The notes under the pieces are model-generated. The model made no database searches and was not told the origin of the DNA. It worked only from the letters and a program-made list of their open reading frames with translations. A DNA stretch of 64,000 nt. It comes from an uncultured Actinomycetes bacterium (GTDB taxonomy: Bacteria; Actinomycetota; Acidimicrobiia; Acidimicrobiales; CADCSY01). The stretch is from assembly GCA_963743945.1 (NCBI GenBank), contig CAVURO010000002.1, positions 19,433 to 83,432 of the forward strand. Direction: 5' to 3'. A program made the translations under genes and the position numbers. Shown here one piece after another: positions 8,363-18,353 of the stretch (its first letter is position 1; each line of letters opens with the position of its first letter).

Positions 8363-9376
8363 TTACGGGTCCTTCGAAGGAGTCGGGGCCGCGTCCGGTG
8401 ATGTGTGCTCGAGCGGATCACGATCGGCCTCGTCGGAGAACTCGAGGCTCACCCCATACTCGGGGCGCAGGATGCCGGTTCGGGCGAGCCGACGGTACAC
8501 CTCTCGATCGGCTTCCGTGAGCGGCGGTTGCGTCAGTGAGCGGGGCCACAAACGCTCGTTGACGACGACGTTCACCTCTGCCGCCAGCAGCACGAGTTGC
8601 GCGGCGACATACATCCAGGTGAGCAGTGCGATGACGGTGGCGAAGAACCCGTAGACGTCGACGGCGCCGCGCAGCACCCCGTTCACGTACCACTCGCCGG
8701 CCAGCTTGAGCGTGCCCCAGAACACCGCCGCCACCAGCGCCCCGAGTCGCACATCGCGCCACGTCAACCGCGCCGCCGTGAGCACCATGAACGCGCTCAT
8801 GAACACGACCGCGTCGATGAGCAGGGATACGAGGAAGGCAACGGGGCCGTGCCCCCATGGGATTGTCGCCACCGCGGCGCCCGCGACCGCCGATCCGATG
8901 ATGCCGACGCCGATCGTCGCAACCATGGCCAGGCTGCGGAGCCGACGGCGGGCGAAGTTGGGCCACTGCGATCGCGGAACGTTTCGGACGGTGTTCAACG
9001 CGGCCTCCGCCGCGTGGCCGAGGCCGAGTGCGCCGTACAGGGTGCCCACGATTCCAACGGCGAGAGCGATGCCGCCGCCGTGGAGCGGAGTCGCTGCGTC
9101 GCGCAGCTCGGGACCAATCACGGGAAAGTCTCGCAGCGCCGAATCGATGACGTCCCGGCGTAGGTCCGGGTGGTCCTCCAACAGGAAGCCGAGCACGGTG
9201 GCCAGCAACAACAGCAGTGGGAACAGCGCGAACAGGCCCTGGTACGCGATCCGAGTGGCGTAGGCGCCGGCTCGGTCGTTGCCGAACTTCTGCACGACAG
9301 CGACCGGGATCGCCAAGGCGGCATGCCGCTGCTGGAACCTGTCGCAACGACGAAGTACCCGTTCTGCTGCGTTCAT
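8363..9376 (-). CDS. YihY/BrkB-family membrane protein
   Basis: N-terminus (FGNDRAGAYATRIAYQGLFALFPLLLLL) followed by six hydrophobic segments, typical of the family. Confidence 0.8.
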   Translation of the reverse strand: MNAAERVLRRCDRFQQRHAALAIPVAVVQKFGNDRAGAYATRIAYQGLFALFPLLLLLATVLGFLLEDHPDLRRDVIDSALRDFPVIGPELRDAATPLHGGGIALAVGIVGTLYGALGLGHAAEAALNTVRNVPRSQWPNFARRRLRSLAMVATIGVGIIGSAVAGAAVATIPWGHGPVAFLVSLLIDAVVFMSAFMVLTAARLTWRDVRLGALVAAVFWGTLKLAGEWYVNGVLRGAVDVYGFFATVIALLTWMYVAAQLVLLAAEVNVVVNERLWPRSLTQPPLTEADREVYRRLARTGILRPEYGVSLEFSDEADRDPLEHTSPDAAPTPSKDP

Positions 9377-9534
9377 GTCATCGGTTCTACCAGGGAGCCA
9401 ATGGTGCCGACAGCGGGATCACCCATGGTGTCCTTCGGCGTTCCGATGTCTTCGAGTCTAGGCATTCCACCGGCCGCCAAGCTCGCCTCGCGGGCGCCGG
9501 CACACCCTTTCGTGTTTCTGCGGTCAGGTGCGAG

Positions 9535-11262
9535 TCAAGTGCCATCGACCTTCAGGCGTCGGCGCACGTGCGTTCGTGCATGCTCGATGGCATCGTCAAG
9601 GTTGTCGAAGAGGTGGCGTTCACTGGCCAGTCGGCTGAAGGCGCCGACGGCGTCGAGCGCCTGATGATGTTCGGGACGCACACCCTTGAGCAGCACGGTG
9701 ATGCCGCGACCCTCGAGCTCGGCAATGGTCTCCTCGAGTGCAGCGGCGCCGGTCGCGTCGAGCATGCGGATGTCGCCAAGACGAAGGATCACGACCTTCA
9801 CGTCTCCCACGTTCGTCAGCTCGGTGAGGAACTGTTGTGCAGCGCCGAAGAACAGCGAGCCCTCGATTCGATAGACCACGATGCGTTCGTGGAGCAGGCG
9901 ATGCTCGTCGTCGACGTCGATCTCCGCGTCACCGTTGATCGGCTGTTGTGCGACGCCTGAGGTTCGGGCCACCGCGCGCAGGGCGATGATGGCGGCGAGG
10001 GTGACGCCCACCCCGACGGCCAGGATGAGGTCGAAGGCGATCGTCACCGCTGCGGTGACCACGAGCACCACCGCGTCACCCCGGGTGGAGCGGATCACCG
10101 CACGCACGTTGTGTGGCTCGACCATGCGAATGGCTGTCACCATCAGCACGCCCGCCAGCGCGGCGAGCGGAATGCGAGCGACCAGCGAGCCGGCGGCGAG
10201 GACAACTCCGAGCAGCACGGCCGAGTGGACGACTGCCGAGAGGCGGGTGCGTCCCCCCGCCCTGACGTTGACGGCGGTCCGGGCGATCGCCCCAGTCGCA
10301 GGTATCCCGCCGAAGAGGGGCGAGACGACGTTGGCCAGACCTTGTCCGAACAGCTCACGATCGGGGTCGTGGCGTGCCGTGTCGGACATGCCGTCGGCGA
10401 CCTTTGCCGACAGCAGGCTCTCGATGGCGGCCAGCGCGGCGATGGCGAACGCGGCGGAGAGCAGGTCGCTCATGCGCTGGATCGAGATGTCGGGCAGGGA
10501 AGGGAGCGGCAGGGAATCGGGGAGCGAACCGATTCGCGCCACGTCGAGATCGCCGAGTTGAGCGATCACGGTGGCGACGACCACCGCCACGAGCGACGCG
10601 GGGAGGCTCCTGCGCACTCGCGGGAGGCCGAACATCGTCGCCGCCACGACGCCTACAAGTCCCACCGCCGCCATCGTGCCGTCGCCACCCAGTGCGTCAC
10701 CGAGGGCTCGTCCGGCCACCATGGCGGCATTCTCGCCATCGGGCTTCATCACGCCGAGCGCGTTCGGCACCTGTTGCAGAAAGATCAACGCCGCGATACC
10801 GATCGTGAATCCTTCGATGACCGGCCATGGCACGTAGCGAAGCGCCCGCCCAAGGTGGGCAATCGAGGCGATCACGACGATGACGCCCGCCATCAGGCCC
10901 GCGAGGAACACCCCATCGGCGCCAAAGCGGGCGACGATGGGCACGAGCACCACAGTCATCGCGCCGGTGGGCCCTGAGACCTGCACGTCCGATCCCCCGA
11001 AGACCGCGGCGACGACGCCGGCCACGATCGCCGTGATCAGGCCGACCGACGCTCCCAATCCGGTCGTCACCCCGAAACCGAGTGCGAGCGGCAGGGCGAC
11101 GATCCCGACGGTGAGACCGGCAAGGAGATCCTGTTTCCAGGAATGGCGCGCCCGGGCGTAATCGGCGCCCCGCGGCATCAGGCTCGTAACCAAAGATGCC
11201 CGCCCGTTCCGACGCTTCCGCCCTTGCCGCAGGCCCCGATCCGATGCGTCGGACTTCGTCAC
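9535..11262 (-). CDS. SulP-family anion transporter with C-terminal STAS domain
   Basis: 575 aa. Polytopic SulP core (GLTVGIVALPLALGFG) and a C-terminal STAS fold (VVYRIEGSLFFGAAQQF...ILRLGDIRMLDATG). Confidence 0.9.
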   Translation of the reverse strand: MTKSDASDRGLRQGRKRRNGRASLVTSLMPRGADYARARHSWKQDLLAGLTVGIVALPLALGFGVTTGLGASVGLITAIVAGVVAAVFGGSDVQVSGPTGAMTVVLVPIVARFGADGVFLAGLMAGVIVVIASIAHLGRALRYVPWPVIEGFTIGIAALIFLQQVPNALGVMKPDGENAAMVAGRALGDALGGDGTMAAVGLVGVVAATMFGLPRVRRSLPASLVAVVVATVIAQLGDLDVARIGSLPDSLPLPSLPDISIQRMSDLLSAAFAIAALAAIESLLSAKVADGMSDTARHDPDRELFGQGLANVVSPLFGGIPATGAIARTAVNVRAGGRTRLSAVVHSAVLLGVVLAAGSLVARIPLAALAGVLMVTAIRMVEPHNVRAVIRSTRGDAVVLVVTAAVTIAFDLILAVGVGVTLAAIIALRAVARTSGVAQQPINGDAEIDVDDEHRLLHERIVVYRIEGSLFFGAAQQFLTELTNVGDVKVVILRLGDIRMLDATGAAALEETIAELEGRGITVLLKGVRPEHHQALDAVGAFSRLASERHLFDNLDDAIEHARTHVRRRLKVDGT

Positions 11263-11633
11263 GCGTCCACGGCCCCCAGGTCGGCCAACAGCTCACGCGA
11301 CTCGTTGAGTGAGCGCAGGAGCATCTTCTTCGCGACGGCGAGGAGCTCGACAACGAGGGGATCCTTCACGGTGTAGAACACGGTCGACCCTTCCCGGCGA
11401 GGGGTGACGAGTCCTGCCTTGCGGAGCACGCTCAGTTGCTGGGAGAGGTGGGAGAGCTCGATGCCCACGAGGGGCTGCATCTCCCCGACCGAGCGCTCGC
11501 CCTCGGCGAGAAGTTCCAGAACCCTGATGCGAGCCGGGTTTGCCAGTGCCTTGAACAGCTCTGCCTTCACCTGGGAGAGCGGCACGTTCAGGCCATCGGG
11601 CGGAATGGGGGCCACCGTTCTCTTCTTCTGCAT
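11259..11633 (-). CDS. ArsR/SmtB-family transcriptional regulator
   Basis: LFKALANPARIRVLELLAEGERSVGEMQPLVGIELSHLSQQLSVLRKAGLV. ATGA overlap with the sulP start. Confidence 0.9.
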   Translation of the reverse strand: MQKKRTVAPIPPDGLNVPLSQVKAELFKALANPARIRVLELLAEGERSVGEMQPLVGIELSHLSQQLSVLRKAGLVTPRREGSTVFYTVKDPLVVELLAVAKKMLLRSLNESRELLADLGAVDA

Positions 11634-11679
11634 ATGACAATTCTATCAAGTAATCATAAACAAAAACCAAACTTATGAT
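11634..11679 (-). promoter_or_regulatory. AT-rich promoter/operator region of the arsR-sulP operon
   Basis: On the coding strand, TAGAAT ends 6 nt before the ATG, which suggests a leaderless mRNA. Inverted repeat ATCATAA-N13-TTATGAT lies at 11653-11679. The stretch is strikingly AT-rich for this sequence. Confidence 0.5.
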
Positions 11680-11765
11680 GAGGATACTCATCCGCTCCAC
11701 CGGCAACCGCCGCCTCATACTCGCGGGATCGTCCTCGGGCAGGACCATCGTTGAGGCGCGGGTCC

Positions 11766-12407
11766 TCAGACGGAGGACGGATTCGGATCGTCGACGAGGA
11801 TCGCGTGCAACCTGGCGATCAGATCCTCCTCGTCGAGAGCGGTCAGCCCGGGCAACGCCCCGTGGCTACGGCCGACGGCGATGCCGAGGACGAGCGCCGT
11901 GGCCAACTGGGCCTCGACGCGCAGGTCTCCCGTTGCGCCTGCGTCCTCGAGGGCTGCGATCAGCGGTTTGATCACGCGGAGGTCGAGCACGCGACTGAGC
12001 TGCGCGGCAACATCGGGTGAAAGGTCTGGAGCGACCAATGCCGAGGCAACCGGCGATGTCCCACGCCGGCTCCAGCGCGTGAGGAGCAGTCGCAGGCACC
12101 CATCGAGGTCGGTGTCGGCAAGCGCCACGGTTCCTGCCCGTTCGGGGTCTGCGAGCACGGCGAGGTACAGCCCCTCCTTGGTTCCGAAGTAGCGGGCGAT
12201 CAGCGCGGCATCGACGCCGGCCCGCGCGCCGATCTCCCTGGTCGTCGAGTTGTCGAAGCCCTTCTCGTCGAAGAGCGCTCCTGCTGCGTCCAGCAGCGCA
12301 CGCCGGGTTGCGTCGGCATCCCGGCGTCGATTCGGCGATTGAGGCGATTGAGGCGATTGAGCAGAAGCAGGCACGGGCGGAGCGCTCCCTCCGCTTCGAG
12401 CGCTCAT
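11766..12407 (-). CDS. TetR/AcrR-family transcriptional regulator
   Basis: [55 protein letters not shown] overlap with the upstream MFS gene. Confidence 0.9.
   Translation of the reverse strand: MSARSGGSAPPVPASAQSPQSPQSPNRRRDADATRRALLDAAGALFDEKGFDNSTTREIGARAGVDAALIARYFGTKEGLYLAVLADPERAGTVALADTDLDGCLRLLLTRWSRRGTSPVASALVAPDLSPDVAAQLSRVLDLRVIKPLIAALEDAGATGDLRVEAQLATALVLGIAVGRSHGALPGLTALDEEDLIARLHAILVDDPNPSSV
12334..12360. repeat. 9-bp tandem repeat x3 (ggcgattga) inside the TetR N-terminal tail
   Basis: Three exact copies. They encode SPQSPQSPN on the minus strand. Confidence 0.9.
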
Positions 12408-13903
12408 TGGTCGTCCTCGCCGTCGAACATCGAAGGTCCCACACCGGATCCGGCGCCGGACTCCTCCATCAGCAGGTCGATGTCCTCGCCTGCCACGTCT
12501 TCGACGGTCGGCGACGACGGCACGACCGTCAGGGTCACCACCAGGGCCGCGAGACAGGCGAGCGCACCGATTCCGAAGGCGACGGTGTAGGCGCCCTCAT
12601 CGGGAAAGTGCATGCCGGCGGGGGTGTGCGCGGCCAACACGGTTGCCGAGAGAGCGCTGCCCAGAGCCCCGCCGACCGTGCGCAGGACCTGGTTCAGGCT
12701 CATCGCGCTACCTGTTCGGTGCTCCGGGACGGTTGCCACGATGAGCGCCGGCATGGCCGCAAAGGTCGTTCCCACGCCGATGCCCAGGAGCACGCTCAGC
12801 AGGGCGAGCTGACCGAGGTGGTCGTGGTACGCCGCGGTGTAGGCCAGGGCCAGACCGACGACGACACATCCCGAGGCGAGGACCACGCGCATGCTGAAGC
12901 GCCTCCCGATGGCTCGAGCCAGTGGCTGGGACACCAGGCTTCCCAGCGACAAGGGCAGGAGCATCAGACCTGTCACCACCAACGAGGCTGCAAACCCGTA
13001 GCCCTCCGAGGTCGGCGTTTGCGCCAGGCGGTTGACGAGGCCGAGTCCCTGGTACATGCCCACGCCGACCAGCACCGCCGTGAGGTTCGGGCCCAGAACC
13101 GACCGTTGAGCCGAAAGCCGGAGATCGACGAGCGCATGCGGGGTGCGCAGCTCCACGACGCCCCAGACCCCCATCACCACCAGGCCAACGACCGTCAGTC
13201 CGAGCGTCGAGGGTTGGCCCCACCCCCAGGTCGAGCCCTTGCTGATCGCCACGAGGAGGCTGGACAGGCCGATGCCCAAGAGGATGGCGCCGATCCAGTC
13301 GAGCTCGACCGGCACGGGTACGCCGGTCGAGGGAGGGACGTGACGTCGAACCAGCAGGATCGCCGCCGTCCCGAAGAACGCGGCGAACAGGAACGCCACG
13401 TGGTAGTCGGCGTACTCGGCGATCAGTCCGGTGACCGGAAAGCCGAGCCCTGCGCCGACGGCCACCGTGATGGACAGCGCAGCGATCGCCCGGCGCTGCT
13501 GCTCGCCGTCGAGCAGTTCTCGTGCGAGGGCTATGCAGAGCGGAACGGTTGCATAGCCGATGCCCTGGATCGCCCGCCCCACCAGCAGTTGGGTGAAGTT
13601 CTCGGCTGTGCCTGCGACGAGGGACCCCACGACGACGCTGCCCAACGTGATCTGCAGCAGACGCACCCGTTGCGAGCCGTCGCCGAGCCGGCCGAGGACC
13701 GGGGTCATCACGGCGCCGACCAGCAGCGTGATGGTCAACAGCCACTGGGCGGTCTGCAACGAGACGCCCTGACTCTGGGCGATCGTCGGAATGAGCGGCG
13801 TGCCCAACGTCGAGGTCAGTGAGACGGTCAGCGAACCGATCATGAGCGCCGCGGTGATCCGGCCGGGTGTGCGCACGACATTCAAGTCATCAAGTGATGT
13901 CAT
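12404..13903 (-). CDS. MFS transporter, DHA2 (14-TMS EmrB/QacA-like) drug:H+ antiporter type
   Basis: 499 aa and highly hydrophobic. MFS motif [14 protein letters not shown]. Operonic with the TetR regulator. Confidence 0.85.
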   Translation of the reverse strand: MTSLDDLNVVRTPGRITAALMIGSLTVSLTSTLGTPLIPTIAQSQGVSLQTAQWLLTITLLVGAVMTPVLGRLGDGSQRVRLLQITLGSVVVGSLVAGTAENFTQLLVGRAIQGIGYATVPLCIALARELLDGEQQRRAIAALSITVAVGAGLGFPVTGLIAEYADYHVAFLFAAFFGTAAILLVRRHVPPSTGVPVPVELDWIGAILLGIGLSSLLVAISKGSTWGWGQPSTLGLTVVGLVVMGVWGVVELRTPHALVDLRLSAQRSVLGPNLTAVLVGVGMYQGLGLVNRLAQTPTSEGYGFAASLVVTGLMLLPLSLGSLVSQPLARAIGRRFSMRVVLASGCVVVGLALAYTAAYHDHLGQLALLSVLLGIGVGTTFAAMPALIVATVPEHRTGSAMSLNQVLRTVGGALGSALSATVLAAHTPAGMHFPDEGAYTVAFGIGALACLAALVVTLTVVPSSPTVEDVAGEDIDLLMEESGAGSGVGPSMFDGEDDQ

Positions 13904-13912
13904 CAGTTGATG
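13888..13912. promoter_or_regulatory. Two adjacent 12-bp palindromes CATCA-NN-TGATG, candidate TetR operator over the MFS start codon
   Basis: CATCAAGTGATG at 13888-13899 and CATCAGTTGATG at 13901-13912. The second contains the MFS ATG (13903-13901). TAGCAT lies 9 nt upstream of that ATG on the coding strand. Confidence 0.5.
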
Positions 13913-14128
13913 ATGCTACCGGTGGATCGACCGTCCGAGGTCATCAGATGGCGGATCGGGGGAGGATCTGACGCAGATCGGACGACCCGCAAGGTCCGGC
14001 GACGCCGGGAGGAATTGACACGAGGTGGCCCAGTCCCGCAAGAATCTTCACCGCTACCCGAGCCCGGGGGGTGGGTTGCGAAGGCATCCCACTGTCATCG
14101 CACATGCAGAAGCAGAAAAGGAGCAGCC

Positions 14129-15316
14129 GTGAGCTACGACCCGAGAGAGGCACGCGGGAAGGCGGCGATCGTCGGTGCCATCGACATCGCCTCGCCGACC
14201 GGCATGCTTGACAAGAAGGGCCGTGCCCTCGAGATGCAGATGATCAAGGGTGCCCTCGACGATGCCGGCCTCAAGGTCACCGACATCGACGCGATCTTCA
14301 GCTGCATGGGGATGATGCCCTCGATGGAATTGGCCGAGTACCTCGGCATCACCCCTCGTTACACCGACTCCACGATGACCGGAGGGTCGAGCTTCGAGGT
14401 GCACGTCGAGCACGCGACCGCGGCGCTCGCCCTGGGGCTGTGCGATGTTGCACTCATTCTCTACGCCCAGACACCCAAGAGCTCCAAGGGCGACATGGGC
14501 GGCATGGCGGGCATGATGTCGATGATGGGCGCATCACCGATGGCTCAATGGGACCTTCCCTACGGGCTCGGCACCCCCTCGGCCAGCTACTCGCTGGCAG
14601 CTCAGCGGCACATGGCGATCTACGGCACCACCTCCGAGCAGCTCGCCCAGATCGCGGTGTCCACCCGTGAGTGGGCGATGATGAACCCCAACGCCCGGTT
14701 CCAGGAGGCGCTGACCATCGACGAGGTGCTGTCGTCGCCCATGGTCGCAGCGCCGCTGCACAAGCTCGACTGCTGCCTGGTCACCGACGGGGCGGGCGCA
14801 CTCATCCTGACTCGGGCCGACCGGGCAAAGGACCTCCGCCGGGACCCGGTCTACATCCTCGGCACCGGTACGGCCCACACCCACGCCATGTCGATCAGCC
14901 AGATGCCCGACATCACCACGACCTCGGCGGCCATCTCCGGGCCCAAGGCGTTCTCGATGGCCGGCATCATCCATGACGACGTCGATGTGCTGATGACGTA
15001 CGACTCGTTCACCATCACCACCCTGTTGGCCCTCGAGGACCTCGGGTTCTGCAAGAAGGGTGAGGGCGGGGCCTTCGTCGAGGATGGCAAGCTCGGCCCG
15101 AAGGGCTCCTTCCCGACCAACACCAACGGTGGTGGACTTTCCTACACCCACCCCGGCATGTACGGCATGTTCGTGCTCGTCGAGGCCGTTCGTCAGCTCC
15201 GCGGCGAGTCGGGGCCACGGCAGGTACCTGATGCAAAGCTCGCAGTGGCCAATGGATGCGGCGGTGTGCTCTCCGCTTGCTCCACCGTTGTGCTCGGAAC
15301 CGAGGAGACTCTCTGA
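14129..15316 (+). CDS. Thiolase-like protein (SCP-x/lipid-transfer type, non-canonical thiolase)
   Basis: GTG start preceded by AAAGGAG. N-terminus KAAIVGAIDIASPTG and C-terminal TNGGGLSYTHPGMYG are typical of thiolase-fold proteins that pair with DUF35. Confidence 0.85.
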   Translation: MSYDPREARGKAAIVGAIDIASPTGMLDKKGRALEMQMIKGALDDAGLKVTDIDAIFSCMGMMPSMELAEYLGITPRYTDSTMTGGSSFEVHVEHATAALALGLCDVALILYAQTPKSSKGDMGGMAGMMSMMGASPMAQWDLPYGLGTPSASYSLAAQRHMAIYGTTSEQLAQIAVSTREWAMMNPNARFQEALTIDEVLSSPMVAAPLHKLDCCLVTDGAGALILTRADRAKDLRRDPVYILGTGTAHTHAMSISQMPDITTTSAAISGPKAFSMAGIIHDDVDVLMTYDSFTITTLLALEDLGFCKKGEGGAFVEDGKLGPKGSFPTNTNGGGLSYTHPGMYGMFVLVEAVRQLRGESGPRQVPDAKLAVANGCGGVLSACSTVVLGTEETL

Positions 15317-15717
15317 TGGCGCGATTCGAACCCCAAACCAACGAGCTCACCGCCCCCTTCTGGGATGCGACCAAGGAAGAGCGCTATCTCGTGCAGTGGT
15401 GCTCGGGCTGCAACAAGGCGATCTACTACCCCCGTGAGGTCTGCCCCGGGTGTCTCACGTCGGACGACCTCGAATGGCGGGAATCGCCCGGACGCGGGGA
15501 GGTCTACACCTTCAACGTCACGCACAAGCCCGGTCTGCCTTTCATGACCGATCGCCTTCCCTTCGTGGTTGCCCTGGTGACGCTGGAGGAAGGTACCCGT
15601 GTGGTCACCAACATCGTCAACTGCGACCCTTCGGAGGTCAGCGTGGGGATGCCCGTGAAGGTGGCATGGGAGGATCTGTCCGACGGTCGCAAGATTCCGG
15701 TCTTCGAGCCTGCCTGA
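15316..15717 (+). CDS. Zn-ribbon/OB-fold protein (DUF35 family), partner of the thiolase-like protein
   Basis: CSGCNKAIYYPREVCPGC rubredoxin-like knuckle followed by an OB fold (GEVYTFNV...VALVTLEEG). 1-nt overlap (TGATG) with the upstream gene. Confidence 0.85.
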   Translation: MARFEPQTNELTAPFWDATKEERYLVQWCSGCNKAIYYPREVCPGCLTSDDLEWRESPGRGEVYTFNVTHKPGLPFMTDRLPFVVALVTLEEGTRVVTNIVNCDPSEVSVGMPVKVAWEDLSDGRKIPVFEPA

Positions 15718-15802
15718 TCCCCGCCGGGGAGCATTCCACGGCGCGTGAACGAACTCGCGTGGACCTTCAGCGACTGGCGCGTGTTCGGCGAGTGGCGCGT
15801 GT

Positions 15803-17413
15803 TCAGGCGAGCTCGACGAGTTCCAGCATGTCCTCGTCGAAATGATCGAGCGTGCCCTCGGGCATGGTGAGTGCCCTGTCGGGTTGGAGGCAGCGCACGA
15901 ACTCCACATCGTGGCTCACGACGACCATCGTCCCGGGCCAGCCGGAGAGTGCCTCACCGATGGCGGTGCGCGAGGCGGGGTCGAGGTTGTTGGTGGGCTC
16001 GTCGAGCAACAACAGGTTGTGTCCGCCCGCGACGAGTTGCGCGAGTGCGAGCTTGGTCTTCTCGCCACCCGAGAGCGTGGCGGCGTCCTGAACGACCTTG
16101 TTCCCCGAGAGGCCGAACATGCCGAGCACACCCCTCGACTGCTGCTCGCCGATCGAGGTGTTCTCGCACATGTGCTCCAGCAGGCTGCGACCGGCGGTGA
16201 TGCCCTCGTGCTCCTGGGCGTAGTAGCCGGGCCGAGCGCGCGCGTCGAGGCGAACCTTGCCCAGATCAGGTGACACACGCTCGGCGATGATCTTCAACAT
16301 GGTCGTCTTTCCGGCCCCGTTGAGCCCGATGATCAACAGTCGCTCCCCGCGCCCGAGGTCGAAGCTGATGTCCTCGAAGACGTCGAGTTGCCCGTAGCTC
16401 TTGTGGACGCCGGATGCCTCGAGGACCGTGCGCCCGATGGGGGGCGGGTCGGGCAGTCGTAGGTCGAGCTTGCGGTGCTTGGTCGGCGCATCGACCTTGG
16501 TCGCCTCGATGCGTTTGGCACGAGCGTCGAGATTCTTCGCCACCCGCGCTCGTTTCGCGGTCTGGCCGCGCATCGAGTCGGCCTGTGCGGTCAGTCGGGC
16601 GATCTCCTTGGTCTGTCGCGACGCCAACGCACCGAGACGGACCTCGTCCTCCTCGCGCGCCCTGATGTACTGCGAGTAGGAGCCCCGGTACTCGATCAGC
16701 TCACCCGTCGCCTCCTCCTGCTCACGATCGAGGTGGAGCACGCGGGTGATGGCCTCGTCCAGCAGGCCGAGGTCGTGGCTGATGACCAGCAACGCGCCGC
16801 GGTAGGTCCGCATGTACTGAAGCATCCAGTCGCGGGCGTCGGCATCGAGGTGGTTGGTCGGCTCGTCGAGCAACAGCAGATCGCTGCCGGCGAACAGGAT
16901 CCGGACGAGCTCAAGACGGCGACGCTCACCACCCGAGAGCGAGCCGATGCTGAGCTCGAGACGGTCGGGTGAAAGAGCGAGGCCGGCAAGAAGTCGGTGG
17001 ACCTCGCTCTCGGCCGCGTAGCCGCCGAGGCGCTCGAACGCCTCCTGAGCATTGGTGAAGGCGAGGATGTTTGCCTCGGAAGGGTCCTCCTCCAGGGCAC
17101 GAGTCAGCTTCTCGAGTCGGGTGGATGCGACGTCGAGGCCTCGACCGGAAAGCACATGGGACAGGCAGTTGGTGTCCGGCGACGCGAGGTCTGCTCGCGG
17201 GTCCTGGGAGAGGTATCCGGTTGCCTCGGAGCGCCGAACGGTTCCACCGCGTGGGACCGAGGCCCCACCCAGGACCTTGAACAGGGTGGTCTTGCCGGCG
17301 CCGTTGCGGCCGACGAGACCGACCTTGTCACCGGGACGAACGTCCACGGACACACCCGAGACGATGGTTTTGCCGCCGATCTCGACGACGAGGTCACGTG
17401 CGATCAGGGTCAT
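15803..17413 (-). CDS. ABC-F family ATPase (two tandem ABC domains, no TMD)
   Basis: Two Walker A sites (GRNGAGKTT, GLNGAGKTT) and two signatures (LSGGERRR, LSGGEKTK), with an inter-domain linker. 536 aa. Confidence 0.92.
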   Translation of the reverse strand: MTLIARDLVVEIGGKTIVSGVSVDVRPGDKVGLVGRNGAGKTTLFKVLGGASVPRGGTVRRSEATGYLSQDPRADLASPDTNCLSHVLSGRGLDVASTRLEKLTRALEEDPSEANILAFTNAQEAFERLGGYAAESEVHRLLAGLALSPDRLELSIGSLSGGERRRLELVRILFAGSDLLLLDEPTNHLDADARDWMLQYMRTYRGALLVISHDLGLLDEAITRVLHLDREQEEATGELIEYRGSYSQYIRAREEDEVRLGALASRQTKEIARLTAQADSMRGQTAKRARVAKNLDARAKRIEATKVDAPTKHRKLDLRLPDPPPIGRTVLEASGVHKSYGQLDVFEDISFDLGRGERLLIIGLNGAGKTTMLKIIAERVSPDLGKVRLDARARPGYYAQEHEGITAGRSLLEHMCENTSIGEQQSRGVLGMFGLSGNKVVQDAATLSGGEKTKLALAQLVAGGHNLLLLDEPTNNLDPASRTAIGEALSGWPGTMVVVSHDVEFVRCLQPDRALTMPEGTLDHFDEDMLELVELA

Positions 17414-17585
17414 GGTCGGCCCAACGACCGGGCATTGTCAGGTTTGTGGGGGGGCACCGATTGTCCTCATCGAGAAGTAGTCGACTGTTGTGGACCGAGC
17501 AGCTCCCCCAGGCACCGCCGCCGTCCCTCCAAGGCTACCCGGGTGAGGCACTTCCGGTGCGCCCGTGGTTGCCCCCAGGCGTCTC

Positions 17586-18353
17586 CTAGGTGCGTTCAAA
17601 CGTGAGGAGGAACTCGATCTCACCACGATCCTGCACCGTTGCGGGCCCGTAGCTCGGGTCGGGTATGCCGTAATCACTGAAGATGACGGGAAACAGGCCA
17701 TTGATCTCGATCGTGCCGCCATTGTTGCGGACCTTGAGGGGAACGTTGACGTTCCGAGTCACCCCACGAATCGTGAAGGTGCCCGAGACCGACAGATCGA
17801 TGGTCACGCCCTTGGCGGGCAGGGCCTCGACCGTGGTCGGGGCGGTGAGCCTGAAGCCGGCGGTCGGGTAGGTCTTGGTGTCCATGATCCGTCCCTGGAA
17901 CTGGCCGTCGCGGCGGCTCTCGTCACTTCTGACGGTGGTCATGTCGACGGTGAACTCCGCGGCCTGGAGCGTCGTGCTCGTAAAGGTGAACGTGCCGGTC
18001 ACGTCCGAGGTGCGACCAACTGCCTCCGCGTCCTGACCGAAGAGCACCTCTTTGGCCCGATAGCCGACCTGGCTTCCCTGGGCGACCTCCCACGTCCCGT
18101 CGAGGCTGCCGGGCAGGACGGCGACCGAGTCGCCGCCTGTCGCCGTGGTGGAGGTGGTCTTCTCGTCGGACGAGCGCGAGCCGTTCGCCGTGGTGGACGT
18201 GGTGTCCGCGAGACTCAACTTCCTCGGAGGGTCGTCTCGAATGGCGTTGATGTAGACGAAGGGACCCACCACCACGAGAAGCACCAGGACGGCGCCGGCG
18301 ACCAGAACCCGGCCACGAAGTCCACGCAGAGCCGAAGGGAGTTTCATGACCAC
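17586..18353 (-). CDS. YceI-family periplasmic/secreted protein with N-terminal anchor
   Basis: N-terminal TM segment, Thr/Ser-rich linker, then a YceI lipocalin-like domain (DVTGTFTF...SDESRRDGQF...TFTIRGVTRNV). Confidence 0.8.
   Translation of the reverse strand: MVMKLPSALRGLRGRVLVAGAVLVLLVVVGPFVYINAIRDDPPRKLSLADTTSTTANGSRSSDEKTTSTTATGGDSVAVLPGSLDGTWEVAQGSQVGYRAKEVLFGQDAEAVGRTSDVTGTFTFTSTTLQAAEFTVDMTTVRSDESRRDGQFQGRIMDTKTYPTAGFRLTAPTTVEALPAKGVTIDLSVSGTFTIRGVTRNVNVPLKVRNNGGTIEINGLFPVIFSDYGIPDPSYGPATVQDRGEIEFLLTFERT

Noticed and set aside
15775-15804. Direct repeat tggcgcgtgttc x2 (18-bp period) at the 3' end of the ABC-F gene.
   Set aside because: It is short, with no dyad symmetry and no obvious function. 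It is probably a chance or slippage duplication in the convergent intergenic region.
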